From the NCBI RefSeq assembly GCF_006345805.1, contig NC_043016.1:28644001-28708000 (forward strand): 64,000 nt of DNA, read 5' to 3'. This DNA is from Octopus sinensis (taxonomy: Eukaryota). Position 1 is the first letter of the stretch, and each line of letters starts with the position of its first letter. The notes under the pieces were generated by a model. The model was not told the origin of the DNA. It searched no databases and saw only the letters and a list, made by a program, of their open reading frames with translations. Below are positions 38,982 through 51,191 of this stretch, one piece after another. Position numbers and translations under genes: made by a program.

Positions 38982-40334
38982 GAAGAATGAAAAGAACAAA
39001 ACGATTTGATATGAGACCAACAAATCACAAAATGGAATATAATTTTATTTTAATATAGTTATAGAGTGTGTGTGTGTGTGTGTGTGCGTACGCACACACT
39101 ACTGAAGTAAGTGTTATTGTATAACAACTAGTGTGATATATAAATCTTAATTGTTGTGGTTTATGTGTTTGACTAAAGAATATCTCAATGTGGTAATTTA
39201 CAGTTATTACATAATAATATCTAATTTTAGAATTAATTGTATTGTTTAAAAAGAATATAGCTTGTACAGATTTAAATTGTTTCAAAACATATTGTTTCAA
39301 AACATATGACATTTGATTATAGAATCTTAATTTTAAAAATATAGCCAGGTTTAAGAGATATTTAGTAAAGTGCAGGGAAAAAGAGAATAATCTACAATGG
39401 TAAGATAATAATATTCAGTCTCAAATTGTGAATTATTCTGTAATTTGTGTACTTATGTGGGGGGAATAAATTTTTGAAGCTTTTGTTCCAAAAGTTTCCA
39501 AGATAAGTCTGACAATCGTTTCATGTTCCAGAGGAAGTGGGTTCTAAATATGACAATGATGGAGGTAAGATAATGCCTCATTTTATAATTCATTAATGTT
39601 TTTTTTTTTATTTTTATTATTAATCTATTGCCACTAATGTAAATAACAATATATCCCTTTCATATCATCAGCATGAACAACCTGACATTTCTCCACTAGA
39701 ACTTTCTTTATGGCTGTTTTAAAAAAAAAAAAAAAATGTTTTTTTGTCACCTTCATATTTTGGATAGAAATACTCTTCATCAGTGCAATTATGTAAGTGC
39801 AGAAGGTATAAAGGACAAACTTGTTGATCTATATTTTATCCATTATCTTTTACTTGTTTCAGTCATTGGACTGCAGCCATAATGGGGGACCATCTTGAAG
39901 GGTTTTAAACAAACAAATCAAAGCCAGTATCTTTTACTTTTAAAGTCTGTTTCTTTTTCCCAATCTGTCAGTTTGTTTTTCCCGGTCTGTCAGTTTCTTT
40001 TCCCTGATCTGCTCATTTACAGGAACATATACAAACCAACACTGGTTATTAAGTGGTAGGTTAAGAAGACACAAATACAAAGATACACTCACACTCTCTT
40101 TCTCTCTATCTCACACACACACACACACATACACAACTGGTTTCATTCAGTTTCTGCCTATTGAATCCACCCACAATCCTTTGATCAGCCTGGCAGTATA
40201 GTAGAAAACACTTGCCCAAGGTGCCACACAGAGTGACTGAACCTAAACCATTTGATTAGAAAGCAAACTTCTTACCACACTGCCATTTGAGTGCCTTTAA
40301 AACAGTGTTGGATCTGATATGTCTGTCTATATCC

Positions 40335-40926
40335 CATAAACAATTTGGCAATGGTTCGGTTGTCGTAGCACATGTTTCCGTCGATTTCCTCCGTCGATTT
40401 CCGTAAAAAACTTTTATTTTTTTACATAAGTAATGAGAGCGAAAGAGACTAAGAGGAAGCGATTTTATGACGAGGAAATTTCTCTTTGAAGTCCCCGTGT
40501 GTGTGTTTGATGGGGTGTGGGAGACAGACAGTATGTTGTGTAAGTGAAGTGCTTCTGTTAGTGTGTGCGAAGAGACAGAGAGAGTAATGTGTGAAAGAGA
40601 GAGATAACTGAAATTTTTTACTCGGTGTATGTGTATATGTATGTATGCATGTATGTGTGTGTGTGTATGTATCTATGTATGTGTGTGTGTGTAAGTATGT
40701 GTGTGTATGTATGTATGTATGGCCGATTCAGTGTAATTTTTTACTCGGTGTATGTGTATATGTATGTCTGCATGTATATGTGTGTGTGTATGTATCTATG
40801 TATGTGTGTGTGTATGTGTGTGTGTATGTATGTATGTATGTCTGGCCGATTCAGTGTTTACATTTTTTACGGAAATCGACGGAAACATGTGCTACGACAA
40901 CTGAAACATCGCCAACAATTTATTTT
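40335..40926. mobile_element. CpG-rich MITE-like element with long TIRs and an internal ~122-bp tandem duplication
   Basis: gttgtcgtagcacatgtttccgtcgatttc..cgtaaaaaa (from 40359) is inverted at ~40863-40901; outer boundaries approximate. Confidence 0.8.
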
Positions 40927-42122
40927 ATTATTCTTATTCTTTAGTTTGTTGTTGAGGCAAATCATAGCTCTTGTTTATCATTTGACTTATGAAATTATTT
41001 CAGTCATTAGAATTTGAAAAAACTTTTTGAAAGTGATTATTGGGAAAGTCCTGCTCCTCTTCTAAATGTAAGTCCATCAACAGGAAGTGTTGTGAAAAAG
41101 TGAAGATCAACAGTTTTCAAATAGTTTAATCATGGATTCTTCCTTTGCTATCAGAAGTCTACTAGAAGAAAAGGATATGCAGATAATAATTGTTTCAATA
41201 GGATTATAGATGCAGTGTGTACGTGTACATGTGTGTGTGTGTGTGTGTGTGTGCACATGCGTGTGTGTATGCACAGATACGTTATTCTCTCTTTCAAGGG
41301 TCAATGAGTAAAGTACTCTTCCACCTCAAGGGTGTATTAGAATGTTGGGCTGTCAAAGGTGGTGCCTTGCAATATCTATTTCAGTTTTGGGACTTTTGTA
41401 ACTGAAATAAAATAAAATTCAAGTTCTTAAGCAAGTACCCAGGTATTTCAGCTGATAGTTCTCCTCGCTGCAGAAAATACAATTACAAAATATATTGTAA
41501 ATAGTTTCTGATGACCTAATTTCATTTACATTCTTCACATTGATGGAATAGGATATTTTACACTAGTATGCTTAGAATATTTATTTTTCTCATGGATATG
41601 CTAAGATATTTATAATGTAGATTAAGGTCATAATATTAATAATCCAAGATCATCCATATTGTAGACTACATAGCTTTATGTCAGTCAAAGTGGTTGGTGT
41701 TAGGAAGGGCATCCAGCTGTAAAAAAAAAACTGTCAAAAGCAGACAGTGGAGCTTGGTGTTGTTCTCTGGTTTGTCAGCTCCTATCAAGCTGTTAACCCA
41801 TGCCAATATGGAAAACGGAAGTTAAATGACATGATGATAATGACGATGATAATATATAAAATGGCCTGTGACAGCTGAAGAAGTGCAGTGATCATCATAT
41901 CGTTGACACAGAAATTTGAAGCCCTGTATATGAGTCTCCATGATCGTATCATCCAATGAATATTGTCCTCTATTCGCATTGATATTGAGGTCTATATCTG
42001 TTGTCATTACAGGCAACTTGTTAGTACTTACATTATGTTATATCATATGTAATATGATATATAATATAGTGTTAGCACTGAAAGTCTATACAAGAAGTTT
42101 TCTCAGGACAAAAGCTGCTGTA

Positions 42123-42421
42123 CATTATTTACATTTGACAGATATTTGTCCTCATCTTGTTTGTTGCTAACAACATTTCGGCTGATATACCCTCCAGCCT
42201 TCATCAGGTGTCTTAGGAAAATTTTGAACCTGGGTTCTCATTTCTAAGGTATTTTTCGATGTTATTATTATTCAGGTCACTGCTTGGGAATCAAACTCGG
42301 AATCTTGGGGTTAGTAACCCATGCTCTTAACCACTACGCCATATACCCGTGAGCATATTGCATAGTGGTTAAGAGTGCAGGTTACTAACCCAAAGATTCC
42401 GAGTTCGATTCCAGACACTGA

Positions 42422-42457
<36 letters not shown>

Positions 42458-42598
42458 CATTGAAAAATACCTTAGGAACGAGAACCCTGGTTCGAAATTT
42501 CCCCAGGACACCTGATGAAGGCTGGAGGGTATATCAGCCGAAACGTTGTGTTAGCAACAAACAAGATGAGGACAAATATCTGTCAAATGTAAATAATG
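42123..42598. mobile_element. Fold-back element of two divergent tRNA-headed SINE-like arms with hammerhead-type tails
   Basis: Arms ~42123-42348 and ~42352-42598 are near-perfect reverse complements. The right arm has A-box-like ttgcatagtggtt (42358-42370) and B-box-like gagttcgattcc (42401-42412), an (AAT)n spacer, then ctgatga..gaaac. Confidence 0.85.
42507..42552 (+). ncRNA. Putative minimal type I hammerhead ribozyme
   Basis: Stem I gacac/gtgtt; CUGAUGA 42512-42518; extra A; stem II ggctg/cagcc; GAAAC 42540-42544; GUU triplet 42545-42547; palindromic ACGU stem III. Confidence 0.6.
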
Positions 42599-43774
42599 GG
42601 CATAATTCCCCTTCTCTTAAATATAGAAGTGTAAATACTGTAGTATTCTAATGTTCTTACAATACATTCGCATTAAGTAGAATCTTAAAGGTGGCTATAT
42701 GGCTTTAATACTGCTTCTGTTGCTAATATTTAATTTTTTACTCAACCTGCCAGCTACTTATGGCACCAGTGACTGGAATAGGCAGTTTATCTACTTATCA
42801 GTTGAAGCAAGATTTGGCTAGCATGCACAGTTAAGTGGATATCTGCTGCTGATGAAGCACAAACATGCTGAAATCATGTAATTTCACAATTCTACCACCA
42901 GTGCTAGTCAATTCTTGTCTGCCACTTATGTTGCTGTGCTTGTAAAGCACTAAATATCTATACAAGAGGCTTTGTCATCCAACACTGATTGACAACCAGT
43001 GTTGGTATATTATATCCCTGTAACTTAGCAGTTCACCAGTAAGAGACTGAAGTCTAATAGAATAAGTATCAAGCTTTAAAAACAAACAAAAAAAAAAAGC
43101 ACTGGGTTTGATTCAGTCGACTGAAACCCTTCTGGACAGTGCTCCAGCATGGCACCTATCCAATGACTGAAACACATAAAAGATAAAAAATACATGAGTG
43201 TATGTATGGGTATATAGATATAAGTGTGTGTGTATATATATATATATATATAATGTATGCACCTGAGATTGTGGTTTCAATTTGTGGACTGGTGGTGTGT
43301 TGTGTTCTTGAGCAAAACACTTTGTCTTAATTGCTCCATAATTGCTTGTTTGGGGAACATCAATTTTGATGGAATAGTGAGCACCTAAATTTGATTACTG
43401 TAAATAAGTCACTTATTGTTCAGCAAAAACTGAACATTGATTCATCATCTCTGACGGGAGATTTCATCATATATGATTATTTTCAGGATTCAATAGAATC
43501 AAAGAATTCTAATAATAAGGACACCAAGGTAATATAGACAAATCCCAAGGCTGTGGCCCAGCATAGCCATAGCCTTTGGGCTGAAACACACACACATATA
43601 TAAATATTCTTATGAGAGAAAGAGAGAAAAGTGGGGGAGAGAATGGGTACAATTTATTTATTTACTTAATTTCAAAATCTTAATGAAGAATTAGTTCACG
43701 CTAACCTATTTCGTAAATTAGTAAGGTTAAATTTTGGGTTATCTTTCCTTGAATTCTCTGTTAAGATTCTAACT

Positions 43775-43816
<42 letters not shown>

Positions 43817-46800
43817 CACATGCACACACTTAGACACACAGATTTCAAACAATTCTTCAATTCATTATTTTACTTGTATCAGTCAGTGAACTGTGACTTT
43901 GCTGGGACACTGGCTTGATAGGGTAAAGGGTTAGTCTATCACATCACCCCAAATATTTGAGTTAGGTTGGACTTTTTTCTCAAATCACTAAATTATAAGG
44001 ATGTAAACCAGGGATAAATTACCCCAAGTGAGATAAAAATGAAATTCTTGGGGGTAATTAGACATAAGTAAAATTAAATTAAAAAGATGTTCCTTGTTAC
44101 TGCATTTGATCATTGTAATGGATGTGTAAATAGATTCATATAGATTTCAATAAACCTTTTGCAGTCAAAGAATCAATAATTTTCTTCCTTTTAAATCAAG
44201 GGGGTAACGTCAGCTTAAATAAATATATTTTGGAGTAATTGGTTTAAAAAGTTCCCTGACCAATACAATTTGTAAAGCAGTGGTGAGAGCAAACATGAAG
44301 ATATGTGTGGACATGTGAGCTCACACGCACACATACACACAAACACACAAAAGACTTCTACACAGCTTCATCAATTTAAAATTTTCCCATCAGGCATTGG
44401 GACTGCAATAGCAGGCACCTACCCTAGATGGTGCCTCGCAGTGAGAATGAACCTGAAACAACCCTCTTTAAGCATGATGGTGGATGCTTCTTTACTTTTC
44501 TTTGTTGTTGACTGTTGTGGTTTTGTGTGTTGTGTATATATACACCAATAATTATTAAAACAACCAGTCTGTATTCAATGAATAAAAGACTGACAACGCA
44601 GACTGGGGGGGGGGGGGGATCTGATACATAAGAGCCAGATTAAATAAACTGTTTGAGAAGAAACACAGCTAAATATCAACATCATCATCATCGTTTAACG
44701 TCCGCTTTCCATGCTAGCATGGGATGGACGATTTGACTGAGGACTGGCGAACCAGATGGCTGCACCAGGCTCCAATCTCAATCCGGCAGAGTTTCTACAG
44801 CTGGATGCCCTTCCTAACGCCAACCACTGCGAGAGTGTAGTGGGTGCTTTTACATGCCACCAGCAAGAGGGCCAGTCAGGTGGTACTGGCAACGGCCACG
44901 AAAAAGTCATGTTTTTTTAAAATCTAAACTCACTGTGCAGTGTCTTAAAAACTTAATTGTGTATTGGTATGTAAGTATAATACATATTACAGGAGTCAAA
45001 GACTGAATATCTGTGTGTGCGTATGTGTGTATATGCATGCATGCATGCATGTATTGTTATGTGTGTATGTATATATGCATGCACGCATGTATTGTTGTGT
45101 ATGTGTAATACATATATGTAAGAGTTGAAGACTGAATATTTATGTATTTGTGTTATTTACCAAACGTATTTATAGGAATCGAAGACCAAATATCTACGTG
45201 TGTGTGTGTGTGTGTAATACATATGTTAGTCAAACTGAATATCTACAAGCATGAATGTATGTATGAGAGTCAGATGTATGTATGTATTATGTGTGTATAT
45301 ATGTATACATGCATGCATAATACATGTGTGAGAGTCAAAGACTGAATATGTAAGTATTGGTGTGTACAGATGTATAATATGTCTATGAGGAGGTTTGTGA
45401 GAATGGTAAGTGTGTATATGTGGATGACATGAGAGTATGTATGTGTGTCACTGAGGACGGTGTGTGTTTGTAAGGTTTGTGTGCATGTGCTATTTAACTG
45501 TTCATTATAATTTATATTGAAATTATTATATAATTGAAATTATATTGGACATAACATTCTACAAATGTAAGAAAGCACTAGATGTAATAGGGAAATTTTT
45601 CAAAGAGACTCATGTATTAAATGTACATAGTACTCACTCAGGACATCATCAGCAAATTATCAGACGTCATTGTTTCAACCTCATTTGGTCTCCTCAGTGA
45701 CAAACGCCCTTGGCATTATTTTTTATTTGCTATTGTCTTATTTTTGCAATTTTTATGTGGACCTCTACTTATTGATTGGATGAGATAAACAGGTGCCTGT
45801 TTTAGTTGTTCTATTGCTTCTGGCATTGTGTCATTCTTTGCGAAAATGACATTATTTCTTCTATATTACAACTATTTAAGAAAATGTTGTTGTTGTTGCT
45901 GCTGTTGAAGAAAAGATAATCTCCCTTGAACAGTTTAGTCTTTTGTTTCACTTCTGCCACCATTGCTTGTGGGAACAGCATGAATGTTGCAACATCCATT
46001 TCTGTTCCTTTACAATAAGTAAATAAATAGATTTAATTAAGCTGAATATTTTGTCGTTATAAGAAATATCCTTCTCATCATCATAATTTTTCTTAATTTT
46101 ATTTCAACTGTAATGCTTGAATAGTAAATTTGCTTGAATGAATATTTTATTCATTTCCAGTGACTCTAATTGCTTCAGTGATGTGGCTTGGCTTTGAAAC
46201 TCCTTCCTTTGTTCCTTTTTATGTTTTGGTTGAAGTACAAGTCATTCATTTTTTTTTATTTTTATTTTTGCTATTTGGTGTGTTGCTTTATTTCTCCAAG
46301 AATTTGTTTTTGTTTTCTTATTACTCAAAAGAAATTATATTTTTATGGTGTATTTGTTGCTTTGTGTTTGCTTGATTAGTGAAAGCTTCATGGAGACCTT
46401 ATCATTCTTCCCCTCCTCCGCCTCCCACCTACCTTTGAACCATTTTATGTCCTAACAGTGCTATACAGCATCAACAAATATTTAATTTGCTTTTATCAGA
46501 GATTGTATTTCTTTCTCCAAATTATGAATTTATCTTCAGAGTAGAACAGACTCTGGTTTCAAGGAGGAGTTCAATGCCAAAACAGAATTAGCTTTCTGGT
46601 TTTAAAAATTTAGCTATTTTTTATAAATGTTTTTTTTAGTGTTGTTTAGTCCCAGGCCAGCACTAATTGTGCAGGCCTAAAATTAGAGACATTCCAGTCA
46701 TGACCATCCTATTTAAAAAACAATTTTTAAAACAACAATAAAGGGAGGTTAGGTTGCTATTTGTGTTTTATATATAGGTTGGTGATTATGGATAGTATAT

Positions 46801-46949
46801 TGTGTTATAATATTTCATTGGTGATTATGTGAAGTATATGTTATTGAGTGGTGCTTGTGTAAAGTATATGTTGTGTTATTTTATTGTTATTGCATAGAAT
46901 ATGTTTCTTACTGAGAGATTGCTGTTTTAAGTAATGTTATCAAATTTAA

Positions 46950-47620
46950 AATATCCTGAGTAGAATGTGTTATCCTTTCCCAGCAGGACTGTCTTGTATA
47001 GAATGTGACCTATGTCTTATAGGGCTGTCTTGTAGACTAGATGTAATGTTCAGGCATTTGGTGTGCATAAGATGTGTCTTTTGGGAACATTATATAACAG
47101 TAAGGTTTGGTGTGACTCTTGTTTTTTCTTCATTTTTGTATATCTAGAGTTCCAGTTATTTTCAGTATTATTTTATTTACATGCCTCAACATTTTGTTTA
47201 TCTTAATTTCAATATGGTTTCTCCATCTCCTATTAAGCAATTTTTGATCAGAAAGTACCATGTTGTTATGGCCAGGAAGTTGTCTTACATTGTTTTTCTA
47301 GCTCTTGTTTTTACCACTTCTTGCCCATTTTCACATCTAAGGGTTGACACTTTGCCCAATAGACACAGCTGTTGGTTCAGTTGTGAATGTGAATATACTT
47401 TAATTAGGCAGAGACTGGGCAGCTGGAGACGATATGGTTGATTGCCTCCCTGAGTTGGTAACATGTTTTCTATTTGGTGTGAGTATCTTCTTTTACTGTT
47501 TTATATCTGTAGCTGGATGTTGATCTAGTGTCAAGCATTCTGCTTCTGCTTTTAGTCCGGTTCTCTTGAACAATTGTTGGGTCATATTTTAGTTTTTGTT
47601 TCCCTTCTGTCAACTTTTGA
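46950..47620 (-). mobile_element. Degenerate R4/Dong-like (restriction-like endonuclease) non-LTR retrotransposon relic
   Basis: GLKAEAECL (47521-47570), AINHIVSSCP (47401-47446) and YKTVLLG resemble the LKAETE.., ET..HI.SGC and QK..LLG motifs. Confidence 0.5.
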
Positions 47621-48342
47621 AGGATATTGACATGGAGTGGTTTTTCTCTCCAAATTCTTTTCTTTTTTTTTTATTATTTATTTTGGATTTCTGTTTTGAC
47701 TTTTTTGTCTTTTGTTTTTCAACCATTTCAGTTCTTTTGTCCTAATCTAAATCTTGAATTTTAGTGTTGCTAGTTCATTTCATTATTATACTTACCATTT
47801 TCTCTTTGCTTTTTTCTAAGTACTTTTTCAGTCCTTCTGGTATTTTGTAATAGTTTTCTATCTGTATCAGACTCCTGTCAATTTTGTTTGTTGGATTGGT
47901 AAATTCTTTTGATATCAGATGTGAGGTAGTAGCATTCAAATACTCTTAGTGGTTCCTTAGTTTTTCTGGTTAAGCTCTTCCTTTTACTTAACTTCCAATT
48001 TATTATGTTAGAATTGTACTTAGTAACTGAGGCAGCTAGTGTATTTATACTTATTATTATTTCTATGAGTTGTATTTTATCAATTTCATTTACTCCTAAG
48101 TATTTTTATGGATAGTTCTGGTTTAAAAATTCTGATTTCAGTTTCTTTATCTAATTAAATCTTCATAGTTTTAGTTAAAATCCCTTACAGAAGATTTTAT
48201 ACCATATTTTAACTGTATTCTGTTTTTTATACCATATGTTACAGCATATGTATTCTACCATATGTATTCTACCATATTTTAACTGTATTTTTTTTTATGT
48301 CTTGGCTAAATTTATAAACAACTTTTAGTATGCCTTAACTGA

Positions 48343-48377
<35 letters not shown>

Positions 48378-48589
48378 GGCAGCAAGCTGGTAGAATTGTT
48401 AGCATACTGGGCAGAATGCTGAGCAGCATTTCATCTATCTTTATTTTCTGAGTTCAAATTCCGCTGGGGTCAACTTTGCCTTTCATCCTTTCGGGGTCAA
48501 TTAAATAAGTACCAGTTATGCACTGGGGGTCGATGTAATCAACTTAATCCCTTCCCCCAAATTTGAGGCATGTGCTTCCAGTAGAAAGG

Positions 48590-48622
<33 letters not shown>

Positions 48623-48885
48623 GCATCAGAAAAAGTACTTTGCAGCATTTCTTCTGGCCTTTTGTACTCAGAGTTCAAATCTTTCTGTGGTCAGCTTTGC
48701 CTTTTATCCTCTCGGGCTCAGTAAAATAAATTGTCTGTCAAGTACTGGGTCAATAGTATTGAATACTCCCCCTCCCCTCAAAATTGCTTGCTCTCTGCCT
48801 AAATCAGAAACCGTTGTCATTGCTGCTATTGCTATTTTACTGTTTTTTTATTACTTTCTGTATTCTTTCATTCTCTTATCCCTAG

Positions 48886-49085
48886 GTGGTTCCTTACTTG
48901 CTGGGTGTGACACCCCAAGTGCAGAGTCATTGGTTGGATGGTTGCTGGAGCACAAAGACCTTAAAATACAAAGCGATTCTGATTCTGACATGTCAGTTTG
49001 TTCTATAGATATAGATTCTGATGAGACTGGATCTATGTCTGACATTTTTGATGATTTAGATGATGATGACATAGAATTAGAAGAG
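48886..49085 (+). CDS. HERC2: HERC2 exon, C-part of UBA-like domain plus acidic tract (PSAESLVGWLLEH..DDDDIELEE), phase 1-0
   Basis: ccctag/gtaagc; recalled PGVEALVGWLLDH; follows a 14,886-bp intron. Confidence 0.93.
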
Positions 49086-49579
49086 GTAAGCTACATTCTT
49101 TCTCCACCACCATTTTTCTTACGCATTGAATCATAGGATTGGCCGAATGAGAAAAACCCAAGACACCAACACTCATGTCTATACACATCAGGAGATTCTT
49201 ATTGAAGAGATTATAGATCAAAATTTTTTTAATTTTATTATTTTACTAATTAAAAAAAAATCAGGAGAAACATCAAAATTTCTTACAAAAATTTCACATG
49301 ATTTGAAATTAGTAAGGATTTCTCAAATACAGAAATAATTTCAAAGAGACAAAAGACAGATCAAACTGCAAGGCATCTGAATCTAATACACTTTGTTTTC
49401 TTTTTTCTTTTCTCTTTTCCTGTCAGTTCACTAACTTTGACAAAATACTTTTAATATTATAAAATAATTATGCAAAACAGTGACTAAAGGGATTAAAATG
49501 GTATTGTCTTTGGTTCTTCTTGCAATTGACATTAACTTCTCATTGTACTAAGGTTGAGAAAATAAATACCAGTTATACA

Positions 49580-49654
49580 CTTTCGTCAATGCTCTCTGTC
49601 AAGTAGTCAAGATTTATATACTTTCGTCAATGCTCTCTGTCAAGTAGTCAAGAT
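49580..49654. repeat. Perfect 34-bp duplication, 41-bp period
   Basis: ctttcgtcaatgctctctgtcaagtagtcaagat at 49580 and 49621. Confidence 0.95.
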
Positions 49655-50012
49655 GTGCTGAATTTATACTGATGGTTAGGCTCAGAAAGAAGTGTGTCAA
49701 AATTTGAAATCATTGCTGGAGCTTATTCCATGCAAGGTCATGATTGATCAGATTTTGTTGATCAATATTCTAGCAAATCACAACATTGGATGACTGCAGA
49801 ATATTTCTGTTACAGACTATCTCGATAAGAAATTAGTTTTACAAAATATTTAGTTGGGGAAATGTTATTTCTTCTTAATTTTTTTTTTTCTATAGATTAT
49901 TATAATTGTCATACATGTAACTAATGTGTTTAGTTAGTGTGAAAAGACTGGGTCGTAAAGATAATTAATTACCTTCTGACTTTTCTTTCTTTTATTTTTT
50001 GTACCTCTACAG

Positions 50013-50171
50013 CAAGAAATAACAACAACAACTTACAAAAAACCCTCAGATTTTGCCAACATTGATGAATATGCCATGTACGTTCAAATAAATATTGTTC
50101 CTGGAATGACAGTGCGATGTTGTTGTACATATGAAGAAGTGATGGAAGGAGATATTGGCAAAGTTATTAAG
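50013..50171 (+). CDS. HERC2: HERC2 exon, CPH domain N-part ([30 protein letters not shown]), phase 0-0
   Basis: ctacag/gtacat; recalled YKKRADF..GMMVRCCRAYEEVCEGDVGKVIK. Confidence 0.95.
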
Positions 50172-50979
50172 GTACATATTCTTTCAGTTCTGTTTGTTTT
50201 GACATCAGACCCTAGCAAGGAATGCTATTATTATTCGAAACTCGGGAGGAAAAACAAGGTAGAATAGTTGATAGAGTATTGTAAAAATTAAGATGTATAA
50301 TTGTGCAGGTATATGGGTGGACATATGTATATATATAGATTGATAACCAAGGCAGCTTATACCAGCAGAAGGTAATGGCGAACTTCTGCTGACTCTTTCG
50401 CCACAACTTTCTCTTTCCTCCTGCATCTTGCAGCTCACCTGTGATGGACCAGCGTCCCATCCAGGAGGGGAACCTATACACCAAGGAAACTGGGAAACCG
50501 GCCCTTATGAGCCAGGGATGGCTCGAGAAGGAACAAACAAACAACCATTGTAAAAAAAAAAGCAACTTATATTTGCATATTTTTATTTTCTCTCTTGAAA
50601 TACACATCCCCCTCTTGGCGAAACTGATATTTTAGGGGTTTAAATACAAAGCTGCTTGGCCATGTATTGCGCTTAGTGTTTGAGAGACCAGCAAGGACAG
50701 CTGTTGAGTGGACAGTTGAAGAAGGAAAAAGAAAGGTAGGCCAATGAAGATGTGACAAAAAACTGCATGGGAAGACTTCATCAAGATGGGAGTGTCACCT
50801 GGAAAGAAGGGTGCACTTCAGCTCAGGACAATATCACTTGGAAAATTTTCATTACCAGATGCTGTTTGAGTGAATATAACACATAAATAAATCATAGTAT
50901 AAGTTTAAATAATAACTCTGTGTATGTGTGCGCATGTTTTTTTTTTTAATAAAACTATTATATATGTTTGGTTTCATAG

Positions 50980-51097
50980 CTTGACCATGATGGACTTCAC
51001 CACCTGAATGTCCAAGCATACTGGCAGAGAAAAGGAGGTACTTACTGGATGCGATACATACATATTGAATTATTAGGCTTTACTGATGTTCCTTCTT
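50980..51097 (+). CDS. HERC2: HERC2 exon, CPH domain C-part (LDHDGLHHLNVQAYWQRKGGTYWMRYIHIELLG), phase 0-1
   Basis: tcatag/gtgagt; recalled LDRDGLHDLNVQCDWQQKGGTYWVRYIHVELIG. Confidence 0.96.
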
Positions 51098-51141
51098 GTG
51101 AGTACAATTTTTCAGTATACATATAATATATATTCTAAACC

Positions 51142-51191
<50 letters not shown>

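Noticed and set aside
44993-45349. CRISPR interpretation of the motif-spacer array
   Set aside because: Eukaryotic intron, degenerate repeats, irregular low-complexity spacers and no cas genes.
48621-48885. 5' extension of ORF 48621-49136
   Set aside because: It lies in a SINE relic and polypyrimidine tract upstream of the acceptor; HERC2 homology starts at 48886.
34000-48885. Possible missed HERC2 exon or nested protein-coding gene in the 14.9-kb intron
   Set aside because: The flanking exons join in phase and are contiguous in the recalled homolog; intronic ORFs are short and repeat-derived.
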